From the NCBI GenBank assembly GCA_015075745.1, contig JABTTW010000002.1, positions 446,453 to 510,452 on the forward strand: a stretch of 64,000 nt of DNA. Direction: 5' to 3'. Below the pieces are notes generated by a model, which saw nothing but the letters and a program-made list of their open reading frames with translations, was not told the DNA's origin and searched no databases. Numbering within the stretch: position 1 is the stretch's first letter; every line of letters starts with the position of its first letter. The DNA is from Planctomycetia bacterium (lineage in GTDB: Bacteria; Planctomycetota; Phycisphaerae; UBA1845; UTPLA1). Below, piece by piece: positions 9,246 to 17,383 of this stretch. Position numbers and translations under genes: made by a program.

Positions 9246-11084
9246 CTAGTCCAACTGGAACTGGGCGAGATACTCCTTGATCTCTTCCTCGCTCATCTGC
9301 TTCTGCTCGCTCTTGTGCATGATGAAGTTCTCAACCACCAGCACGTCCATATCACACGCCATAAAACACCGATAAGCGTCGCTCGGTGAGCACACGATCG
9401 GCTCGCTGCGCACATTGAAACTCGTATTGATGATCACCGGGCAGCCCGTCTTCTCCTTGAAGCGGCTCATAATCTTGTGCATCCGCGCATGTCGCACCGG
9501 GTCCACCGTCTGCACGCGCGCGGAGTAGTCCACATGAGTGATCGCGGGCACGACCGAGCGTAACTGCTTGAGCTTCTCAATGCCGAAGAGGTCCTTGCCG
9601 TCGCCGTTAAGCGGCACACGCTTGTCCTCGCGCACCGGCGCGACGAGAAGCATATAAGGACTGTCCTCGTTGGGCCGCATATCAAAATACTCGTGCACGT
9701 GCTCGCGCAGCACGCACGGGGCAAACGGCCGAAACGACTCGCGAAACTTCACCTTCAGATTCATCACCGACTGCATCCTGGGGCTTCGCGCGTCGCCGAT
9801 GATCGATCGGCATCCAAGCGCCCGCGGTCCGAACTCCATCCGCCCCGCCATGTGACCGACGACCTTCTCATCGGCAATGGCGCTCGCCACCGCATCGACA
9901 AGCTCATTCTCATCGGCGATGTAGTGATACTTCGCCCCGCACCGATCCAGAATGCTGCGAACTTCCTCCATCGGGTAGCTCGGCCCAAGCAGCGATCCAT
10001 CCTGTCCGTCGAGTTCGCTGCGCGGCGTGCGCGGATGATTGAGCAACTGATGCCACACAAACAGCGCCGCACCCAGCGCCCCGCCCGCATCGCCCGCCGC
10101 CGGCTGAATCCAGATGCGCTCAAACGGCCCCTCGCGAAGGATGCGCCCGTTCCCGACGCAGTTCAGCGCAACGCCCCCGGCGAGCACAAGATTCCGGCTG
10201 CCCGTCTCCTTGTGAACATGGTTCGACGCCCGAAGCATGATCTCTTCAGTCACCCACTGAATCGACGCCGCGATGTCCATCTCGCGCTGCGTCAGCTTGC
10301 TCTCCGGCGGTCGCGGCTCGCCCTCAAACAGCGCATGAAACGCCGGGCTGGTCATCGTCAGCCCCTGGCAATAGTTGAAATACCTCATGTTCATGCGGAT
10401 CGAGCCGTCGGCCTTGATGTCGACCAGCTCGCGCATGATCAGGTCTTTGTATTTCGGCTCGCCATAAGGCGCCAGCCCCATCAGCTTGTACTCGCCGCTG
10501 TTCGCCTTGAACCCGCAGTAGTAAGTGAACGCCGTGTAGAGCAGCCCCAGCGAATGCGGGAAGTGCATCTCGTGCGTGACATCGATGCGATTCCCCTTGC
10601 CGTGGCCATAACTCGCCGTCGCCCATTCACCGACGCCGTCGAGCGTCAGGATGGCCGCCTCCTCAAAAGGCGAAGGGAAAAAAGCGCTGGCCGCGTGAGA
10701 CTCATGGTGCTCCGTGAAAACGTAGCGGCCCTTGTATAGATGCTTCAGCCCCTTATCCATCTCGCGCGGCAGATGGAGCTTCTGCTTGAGCCAAAGCGGC
10801 ATCGCCTCCATAAAGCTGCGAAACCCCGCCGGGGCAAACGATAGATACGTCTCCAGCAATCGCTCGAACTTAAGCAGCGGCTTGTCGTAGAAAGTGACGT
10901 AGTCAAGCCGGTCGGCGCCGATCCCGCCCTCTTTCAGGCAATAGTCGATGGCGTGCTGGGGGAATCTGTAATCGTGCTTGATCCGCGAGAAGCGCTCCTC
11001 CTGAGCGGCCGCCACGATCCGCCCATCCTGAATCAGGGCGGCGGCGCTGTCGTGATAGAATGCGGAGATTCCCAGTATGTTCAT
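9246..11084 (-). CDS. Carbamoyltransferase, NodU/CmcH family
   Basis: MNILGISAFYHDSAAALIQDGRIVAAAQEERFSRIKHD is the N-terminal ASKHA/Kae1-like block. The C-terminal YrdC-like carbamoyltransferase domain shows VNTSFNVR. Start taken at ATG 11084. Confidence 0.85.
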   Translation of the reverse strand: MNILGISAFYHDSAAALIQDGRIVAAAQEERFSRIKHDYRFPQHAIDYCLKEGGIGADRLDYVTFYDKPLLKFERLLETYLSFAPAGFRSFMEAMPLWLKQKLHLPREMDKGLKHLYKGRYVFTEHHESHAASAFFPSPFEEAAILTLDGVGEWATASYGHGKGNRIDVTHEMHFPHSLGLLYTAFTYYCGFKANSGEYKLMGLAPYGEPKYKDLIMRELVDIKADGSIRMNMRYFNYCQGLTMTSPAFHALFEGEPRPPESKLTQREMDIAASIQWVTEEIMLRASNHVHKETGSRNLVLAGGVALNCVGNGRILREGPFERIWIQPAAGDAGGALGAALFVWHQLLNHPRTPRSELDGQDGSLLGPSYPMEEVRSILDRCGAKYHYIADENELVDAVASAIADEKVVGHMAGRMEFGPRALGCRSIIGDARSPRMQSVMNLKVKFRESFRPFAPCVLREHVHEYFDMRPNEDSPYMLLVAPVREDKRVPLNGDGKDLFGIEKLKQLRSVVPAITHVDYSARVQTVDPVRHARMHKIMSRFKEKTGCPVIINTSFNVRSEPIVCSPSDAYRCFMACDMDVLVVENFIMHKSEQKQMSEEEIKEYLAQFQLD

Positions 11085-11289
11085 AGCGACCCAGGCCGCC
11101 TTGTCGACGCCGTACGAACCAATCCAGGCGAGGCGGGCAGCAGAATATAGCCCGAGACTCCCTCGCATTCAAAGAACGCCTTGATCGCACGCACACAGAA
11201 ATCGCCCTGTGCGCTCGCCGGTGTCGCAATCAGCCGCGTCGCCACAATCCTCGTTGCCAGACGCGGACAATTGGAGGATCATTCCAAGG

Positions 11290-12447
11290 ATGACCCAGTG
11301 CGGTAATCTGCATTTGTTGAAATACCTGCACCTGCCCTCCCTCCGTCGACCATCGACGACTCGTGCCGTCCTCGCCGCCGCCATCATCCTTCTATGCGGA
11401 GCCGAGGTCGCGCATTCCCAGCAACCCACCCAGCAAGAGGCCCGCCCGAAGCCCAGCCAGCGCAGGCTCCCCAGGGGCTTTCTCGGCAAAACCATCACCC
11501 TCTCCAATCGGGCCCAGCGGAAGTACGCCGTGTTCACGCCGCCGCAATATGTCAAAGACAAGGACCACAAGTGGCCGCTGATCATCTTCCTCCACGGCAG
11601 CGGCGAGTGCGGTACCGACGGCATCAAGCAGACTACCGTCGGCCTGCCCCCCTATGTCGCGCGGCGGGCCATGAAATTCCCCTTCATCGTCGTCATGCCC
11701 CAGGCACAGAATATGTGGTTTCGCGGACAGGAAGCCGCCGCCGTCTGGGCCATTCTCGACGAAGTCCAATCGACCTACCGCGTCGATCCAGATCGCATCT
11801 ACCTGACCGGCCTCTCGATGGGCGGCATCGCATCGTGGGAGTTGTCCGTGCTGCGGCCGGATGTCTTCGCCGCCATCGTCCCGGTCTGCGGATTCGCCCC
11901 CAAGGACTATCTCTCAAACATCGTCGATCTGCCCACCTGGGCATTCCACGGCGCCCTCGACAACAACGTCTCCGTTCAGGGCTCTCGCGACGCCATTGAA
12001 GAACTCAAGCGACTCGGCGGCTCGCCCATCTACACCGAGTATCCCAAGCTTCAGCACATCTGCTGGGACGAGGCCTACGCCACCCCCGACCTCTGGCGCT
12101 GGCTCATCCAGCAGCGCAGGAAGCCGACGCCCCGCGTCATCGACTACGTCTTCCCCGCCGGCCTCTCCCGCGTCTGGTGGCTCGCCGTCGAAGGAGACAA
12201 GTCCTACAAAAAGCCGTGCCATGTCCACGCCGAAATCAAGGACGGGGGCCTCATCGAAATCAACAGCCAGGGCGTCCTCGGTTGGGCACTCATCTCCGAC
12301 GCCGAACCGCTCAAGCCGAACACCCCCATCGAGGTCAAATGGAACGGCCAGCCCGTCTTCAAAGGCGAGTTCACCGGCATCCTCTCGATCGAGCCCCAGC
12401 AAACCAACGGGACCGATCAGAAATCATCAACGAACCCGGCAAAATAA
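11290..12447 (+). CDS. Secreted alpha/beta-hydrolase esterase (carboxylesterase/PHB-depolymerase-like) with C-terminal beta domain
   Basis: Signal-like N-terminus, FLHGSGECGTDG, the nucleophile elbow GLSMGG, and a later FHGALDNNV block. The last 120 aa or so are unassigned. Confidence 0.65.
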   Translation: MTQCGNLHLLKYLHLPSLRRPSTTRAVLAAAIILLCGAEVAHSQQPTQQEARPKPSQRRLPRGFLGKTITLSNRAQRKYAVFTPPQYVKDKDHKWPLIIFLHGSGECGTDGIKQTTVGLPPYVARRAMKFPFIVVMPQAQNMWFRGQEAAAVWAILDEVQSTYRVDPDRIYLTGLSMGGIASWELSVLRPDVFAAIVPVCGFAPKDYLSNIVDLPTWAFHGALDNNVSVQGSRDAIEELKRLGGSPIYTEYPKLQHICWDEAYATPDLWRWLIQQRRKPTPRVIDYVFPAGLSRVWWLAVEGDKSYKKPCHVHAEIKDGGLIEINSQGVLGWALISDAEPLKPNTPIEVKWNGQPVFKGEFTGILSIEPQQTNGTDQKSSTNPAK

Positions 12448-12697
12448 CTCGGCCCCCGCAAATCGCTCGAATTCGCTTCACTCAATACTCCCAATCCCCC
12501 ATCGGCCACGGGAGCGACATTTCGGCGAACAACGTGGCATGTCAAGGGTATAATCTATGGTTGCGGCTGGACCGCGCCGGGCCCATCGCTGAGCGACCTA
12601 CCCTTGACGCAACAAGCGATATGGTTGCTCACGGCCAAACGAGCGAACGAGGAAATTCGTTATACTGTCAATGCGACGGCCCCGGAAAGTACGGAGA

Positions 12698-12719
12698 AAA
12701 TCATCCTGACACCTCTTCT
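12698..12719 (+). repeat. Left copy of 22-nt inverted repeat AAATCATCCTGACACCTCTTCT
   Basis: It matches the reverse complement of 14414-14435 at 21 of 22 positions. A third partial copy lies at 60356-60373. Confidence 0.8.
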
Positions 12720-12737
12720 TTTCAGCGCTAATTACCC

Positions 12738-14132
12738 TTGTATCAAGACCGGCAATTCCATGACACTAAACACGCCCCAGACTTCACCCCCTCCCGCGCC
12801 ATGTGTTTGTGGAGCACCAACAGTGCCTCCCGCTGGAAGATGTGGATGCTAACGAACATTGTGCGCCGTCAACTCTTTGCCTGGTTTGCCATGCTTGCAT
12901 TCTGGATTTCCGTCGCGGTGTTTGTTCTTGCGATTGTAAGCTACCCTGTAAGTCTGTACTTTCGCGCATTCGAGTTTGCCCTTCTGTACAGACCCTGTAG
13001 CAACGAAGCGGGGGCGTGTGGGCACTGTTACTCCGTTTGGGTTGATTCCGGAGTAATTGGCGCTGGGAAATATGCATACTTTGGTGGGCCACTGTTTCCT
13101 AAGCCGCGATTCCGCTTAAGGGAACCCTCCCCATTTTTTGTAGGCCAGCATCTGAGGTATTATTGGTTTTCGCTCCCAGATGGTACTCGGTCATTAGGTG
13201 TCCCCTTATGGACTGTGCTGATTCCGCCAGCGGGCGTCGCTGCTGCGCTTTGGAAAAAACGTCGCCTACCGACTCCAGGATACTGCCCTGATTGTGGATA
13301 TGATCTCTTTCGGATCACGGGCAATCGGTGTTCGGAGTGTGGTGCGGACCTTCGCGCGTTTCTTGCCTATCACGCCAGTCGGAGAAGCCCTGTCGTTTGC
13401 GCATCCTGCCGCAGCCCCGTCGAGTTTCGTAGCGACTGCAAATGCGAATATTGCGGCGAGCCTATTGACTTTGCGCAAGCGAGCTGGCAAGCTTATCATT
13501 CCACATCCTTGATGCTCCCCGCAAGGCTCAAGGGGCTTGCCCGGCCTTCAACAGTGAAACTCCTCGCAGCATGTCTGTATCCTCCGTGGTTATGGAATCG
13601 GATCGTGATTTCCCAGACGCCGTCCACCTCCTGCATTACCGCTTTGTGGCTAACGTGCGCCTTCTGGCAGGTGGCCTTGGCGCTCCCAATTGGCTTTTTG
13701 CAGCCCCACATTTCATTTGCGCTACTCGATAACAGCGGAATCGTTAAACTAACTCTTCTTCAGGTCTTCTTCTGTTGCGTCACGCCTTATTGGGCTATGT
13801 TCTGTTTTACTGCAACTGTCCCGCGATCTGCGGTCACTGTTAGAAAGTCGATACCATTGTTTTATACATTATCTATGCCAGTGTTCGCAAGCGTACTTGG
13901 AATTAGTACGATCCTCATGCTGAGAGGATATGATTTGCTTACTGCGATTGCGTTTTGCGGCGGCATGTTCTATTGGACTTATGGTGTTCATTATGCAGTT
14001 CGGCGCAACGTGACATACAGTACATATTCGGCCCGCGTCTATCCGAGTCATATTGTTGGCATTGTTGTGATTCCCGCAATCGTGGGTTGCTTATGTTTTT
14101 TTGCCGTGCTTTTGTTCGAGACTATCGGCTAA
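12738..14132 (+). CDS. Hypothetical polytopic membrane protein with two zinc-ribbon motifs
   Basis: Has CPDCGYDLFRITGNRCSECG and CASCRSPVEFRSDCKCEYCG, an N-terminal TM and a multi-helix C-terminal half. GC content is noticeably lower than in the flanks. The true start may be a downstream Met (MWMLTN...). Confidence 0.55.
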   Translation: MYQDRQFHDTKHAPDFTPSRAMCLWSTNSASRWKMWMLTNIVRRQLFAWFAMLAFWISVAVFVLAIVSYPVSLYFRAFEFALLYRPCSNEAGACGHCYSVWVDSGVIGAGKYAYFGGPLFPKPRFRLREPSPFFVGQHLRYYWFSLPDGTRSLGVPLWTVLIPPAGVAAALWKKRRLPTPGYCPDCGYDLFRITGNRCSECGADLRAFLAYHASRRSPVVCASCRSPVEFRSDCKCEYCGEPIDFAQASWQAYHSTSLMLPARLKGLARPSTVKLLAACLYPPWLWNRIVISQTPSTSCITALWLTCAFWQVALALPIGFLQPHISFALLDNSGIVKLTLLQVFFCCVTPYWAMFCFTATVPRSAVTVRKSIPLFYTLSMPVFASVLGISTILMLRGYDLLTAIAFCGGMFYWTYGVHYAVRRNVTYSTYSARVYPSHIVGIVVIPAIVGCLCFFAVLLFETIG

Positions 14133-14198
14133 CGGCCCGTGGTGAAAGTCGCTTGACACATGAACTCTACTGATAGATGAGGACTATGTCGAAGGGTT

Positions 14199-14413
14199 GG
14201 CACAGAGGACGGGGCGAACGGCGCCTTCGGCAATTCCGATGACAAAACGATCACCTACACCTATGACCCCGTCGGCCCGGCGGACCGAGGTGACCGATGA
14301 GGCCGGCCGCAAGACCACGACGACGTACAACACCCTGGGCCGCAAAACGCGGGTCACTGAGGACTCCGCCGGCCTGGCCTGGATCACTGACAGCCAGTTC
14401 GACCGCGCGGATC
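14199..14413 (+). pseudogene. RHS/YD-repeat protein remnant (frameshifted stub)
   Basis: Two frames together read ...DKTITYTYDPVG / RRTEVTDEAGRKTTTTYNTLGRKTRVTEDSAGLAWITDSQFD, which are consecutive YD-repeat units (xTYxYDxxGR). There is a frameshift near 14270 and no start codon. The stub ends exactly where the 22-nt repeat begins. Confidence 0.6.
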
Positions 14414-14435
14414 AGAAAAGGTGTCAGGATGATTT
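14414..14435 (+). repeat. Right copy of 22-nt inverted repeat (AGAAAAGGTGTCAGGATGATTT)
   Basis: Reverse complement of 12698-12719 with one mismatch. 17 nt are identical to 60356-60372. Confidence 0.8.
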
Positions 14436-14695
14436 ACTTGACGCATCCGACTTGGAAGACGCGATCTTGTCGTCAACAGTCACTCGAAACAAACAACCCG
14501 GGCTCAGAATCCCCGAAACCTGCGGGCATGGCGATATGTATAACGATACGAAGTTGAGTTCGACCGATACGACGCACTTCACAGCGGCCGGGATTAACGC
14601 CGGAATAGTTGAATGTCCCTCTTTTGCTCCCTAGGTCATCAAGAAACTCCCAGTTTATTTGACTCCGCAAAAACCCGCTGTATCTTTTAGACGGG

Positions 14696-15325
14696 ATGCA
14701 ACCGATGAACCGCGCGCTCCTAAATCCAACTTGGCGAATACTATTCAATCTATTAGTCTTGCTGGTTTGCTTCCCGATTCACTGCGCCCGGGATCCTGAA
14801 GGTCCAGTTGGCCACGAGGCCACTTCTTCCAATGGACCAATCATGGATACGACTCTGGGGTGGCGTGTTACAGATGCTGAGATCACTCAAACACAGATAA
14901 TTCTCACAGGCATGGCCAAGGCATCAGAGAGTCGCACAGTGTTCTTTGAGCAATCGAGGCCCTGGTACGTGGAGTCAAATTACGAACTCGCGCGTGTTTG
15001 GCTTCGGTCTTCTTGCTATCGGCCAAAGCCAACCGTATCTCCGGCAGAGATGCGTGTTCTCGAAATCAGCTCTTCTCCTGAGGGATCGGCCCGACTCCTA
15101 ACTGAAGAAGACCTAACGCGTACTATGGTTCCGGGAGGACTTCAACCTGTCTCGCGAAGCGTGTTTTTCGATTCGGGGGACATTCTACCTTTCCAAGCAA
15201 TCTCCCTTGCTCAACCTGCGGCAGCAAGACTTCCCCAAAGAAGGCCTCGCCATTCACGTCTCACGATGAATCGTACGCTCCGTCAACCACCCCCAGGGGC
15301 GCGGGCGCGGAGCAAGTATCAATGA
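14696..15325 (+). CDS. Hypothetical protein with N-terminal hydrophobic segment (weak call)
   Basis: 209-aa ORF in a lower-GC region, downstream of the RHS stub. WRILFNLLVLLVCFPIHC is signal-like. No recognisable motif, and the C-terminus is Arg/Pro-rich. Confidence 0.25.
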   Translation: MQPMNRALLNPTWRILFNLLVLLVCFPIHCARDPEGPVGHEATSSNGPIMDTTLGWRVTDAEITQTQIILTGMAKASESRTVFFEQSRPWYVESNYELARVWLRSSCYRPKPTVSPAEMRVLEISSSPEGSARLLTEEDLTRTMVPGGLQPVSRSVFFDSGDILPFQAISLAQPAAARLPQRRPRHSRLTMNRTLRQPPPGARARSKYQ

Positions 15326-15545
15326 ATAGAGACCGAACCAAACCCGCCCGGAGATGGAATTCTCAATGCCCGCGCGATCCAAAAGCCAAACGACTCAACC
15401 CCCTACCCCCTCTTGTGTCACCTTCCTGACTCGTTTTTCAAGGACTTACAAACGAACTTTCCCGAAACTTTCCACGCCCGTTCGGGCATGCACCGGTCTT
15501 GTTTCACCTTGCGAGTTTTCACCAAAAACCGCCCATTTCGCGAAC

Positions 15546-15615
15546 CGCCCCAACCCAAGCCCGCCACAAGCGTTGGCACAATTTCCGAATGCTGTGTGTC
15601 ACTTTATGTCACCTT
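15546..15615 (+). repeat. Interspersed about 70-nt element, copy A (CGCCCCAAC...TGTCAC-N4-TGTCAC)
   Basis: CGCCCCAACCCAAGCCCGCCACAAGCGTTG...TGTCACTTTATGTCACCTT. Compare 15902-15970 and 60065-60134, all in the same orientation. Confidence 0.75.
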
Positions 15616-15746
15616 CAACTCTTCGCACCGCCGCGACAATTATCAGTCCAAATAAACGCCGGCACGCCTTCACAAATGCATTGCCGCACATCAAGCCCCG
15701 CAACGTGCACCTGCTTGTACCAACAAGCGAATCCCCCCCGATCGAG

Positions 15747-15857
15747 CCCCGGCAGGGGCGCCGGGTTGTAGCCACTGGTGGAGCAAGGCGCAGCGAAGCA
15801 AGCCGAGCGCAACCAGTGGTCAGCATCTCAGTAAAAACCCCACCCCGGCAGGGGTGG
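15747..15857 (+). repeat. REP-like cluster of three hairpins
   Basis: Three hairpins: CCCGGC-AGGGGC-GCCGGG; CCACTGGT-N32-ACCAGTGG; CCACCCC-GGCA-GGGGTGG. The first shares a 16-nt core (CCGGCGCCCCTGCCGG, opposite orientation) with the hairpin at 60155-60178. Confidence 0.6.
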
Positions 15858-15901
15858 AGGAGTCACTCGAATGCGCGCAAAAAACCACTAAAATCGCGAG
15901 T

Positions 15902-15970
15902 CGCCCCAACACAAGCCCGTCACAAGAGTTGCAAGCGAGAAAATCCGGCTGTGTCACCTTATGTCACCTT
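15902..15970 (+). repeat. Interspersed about 70-nt element, copy B
   Basis: CGCCCCAACACAAGCCCGTCACAAGAGTTG...TGTCACCTTATGTCACCTT. Confidence 0.75.
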
Positions 15971-16040
15971 GGATTTGATGCCGCCAATCGCCCGAAATCG
16001 CAGGTCGGAGCAGTCGATGGTCGCCGCGAATTGTGTGAAT

Positions 16041-16064
16041 TTCGACGTTTCGACGTTTCGACGT
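16041..16064 (+). repeat. Micro-tandem repeat (TTCGACGT)x3
   Basis: Read directly from the sequence, immediately 3' of the rluD stop. Confidence 0.7.
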
Positions 16065-16077
16065 TTCCCCGCCGCCC

Positions 16078-17268
16078 TCAAAAGGCCGCGATCTCCTCGT
16101 CAGGCAGCCCCAGCAACCGCAGGAATTCCTGCATATCCGCCGCAAGCGGCGCGTGAAGCGTCAACGGCTTCTGATGAATCGGATGCGTCACCGTCAGCCG
16201 CGACGCATGAAGAAGCTGCCGGCGAAAATAAGGCTCGACCCCGTCCTCCGGCCTGCCGCTCACCTGGTGCCGCGAAACGTGCCGCCCGCCGTAAAACGGG
16301 TCGCCGACGATCGGGTGCCCGATATGCGACATGTGGATGCGAAGCTGATGCGTCCGTCCGGTCTTGGGGTAAAGCTCAACGACGCTGTAGCCGCGAATAC
16401 GATTCAGGACGCGATAGCGCGTGACCGCATTCTTGGCCAGCTTCTTCGCGAACTTGGCGCCGAGCCGCTCGGCGAAACCGGTGGCGACGTAGCGATCGTG
16501 AACCGTCGGATGCTGCCCAATGGGCACGTCGATGATATCCTCGTCAAACTCCGGCGCGCCGTGGACGAATGCCAGGTACACCTTCTCCGTCTTCCGCTCT
16601 TCAAATTGCAGCGAAAGCCGCCAATGCGCCTCGTCGGTCTTGGCGACGATCATGATGCCCGTCGTGTTCTTGTCGAGGCGATGAACGATGCCCGGCCGAA
16701 AGGGGTCGTCGGTCTTGGCCAGCGCCTGACAATAAAAGGCAAGGCCGTTGGCGATGGTCCCACTCTGCGTGCGCGTGGCCGGATGCACGATGATCCCCGC
16801 CTGCTTGTTGATCGCCAGCAGGTAGTCATCTTCATAAACGATATCGAGCGGAATCTCCTCCGGAACCACGTCATAGACCGGCGGCGGCGGGAAGGCGATC
16901 TCGATCACGTCACCGTCTTCAACCTCGTAGCTCTTCTTGGTCGGCTTGCCGTTGAGCGTGATGTCGCCCTGCTTGATGAGCTTTTGCAGCGTCGTGCGCG
17001 AAACCCGTGGAAACCGGGCCATGAGATATTTGTCCAGCCGCCGGCCCGGCAGCTTCCGGCGGATATGAATGACGGCGCGCCGCGCCGCCTCATCCGCGTC
17101 GGAGCACTCCAACTGAACGAGCGGTTCATCGGCATCATCGACGGCAACCGGCGCACGGCCCGAAGGCGCAGCCTCGCCGGCATCTTCCAGACCGAATACC
17201 TCGGCCAGATCGCCCTCCTCGGGAGACTCGTCGTCAGACAATGGGGGTTTGTTTGCGGCGCTCATCAT
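16078..17268 (-). CDS. rluD: RluA-family 23S rRNA pseudouridine synthase (RluD-like) with S4 domain and acidic N-terminal extension
   Basis: An S4-like block RLDKYLMARFPRVSRTTLQKLIKQGDITLNG is followed by the catalytic HRLDKNTTGIMIVAKT motif and GRTHQLRIH. Confidence 0.85.
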   Translation of the reverse strand: MMSAANKPPLSDDESPEEGDLAEVFGLEDAGEAAPSGRAPVAVDDADEPLVQLECSDADEAARRAVIHIRRKLPGRRLDKYLMARFPRVSRTTLQKLIKQGDITLNGKPTKKSYEVEDGDVIEIAFPPPPVYDVVPEEIPLDIVYEDDYLLAINKQAGIIVHPATRTQSGTIANGLAFYCQALAKTDDPFRPGIVHRLDKNTTGIMIVAKTDEAHWRLSLQFEERKTEKVYLAFVHGAPEFDEDIIDVPIGQHPTVHDRYVATGFAERLGAKFAKKLAKNAVTRYRVLNRIRGYSVVELYPKTGRTHQLRIHMSHIGHPIVGDPFYGGRHVSRHQVSGRPEDGVEPYFRRQLLHASRLTVTHPIHQKPLTLHAPLAADMQEFLRLLGLPDEEIAAF

Positions 17269-17383
17269 CGAATGGGCATGTTAATCGCTCAAAGGAGATT
17301 CCGCACGATCACCCGTCGCCGCACAAAGGGCAGAGTGACGAATGATCGCTGAATACGTGCAGGTGGTGACGAGGATCGCAATG

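Noticed and set aside
15400-16080. Possible CRISPR array, because of recurring TGTCAC-containing units.
   Set aside because: There are only two full copies here, about 355 nt apart. The repeats are degenerate and about 70 nt long, there is no regular repeat-spacer periodicity, and no cas genes are present in the window.
15354-16424. 356-aa ORF spanning the repeat-rich gap and running into the rluD gene.
   Set aside because: It is built from the interspersed repeats, is Arg/Pro/Ser/Ala-rich, overlaps the well-supported rluD on the opposite strand and has no recognisable domain.
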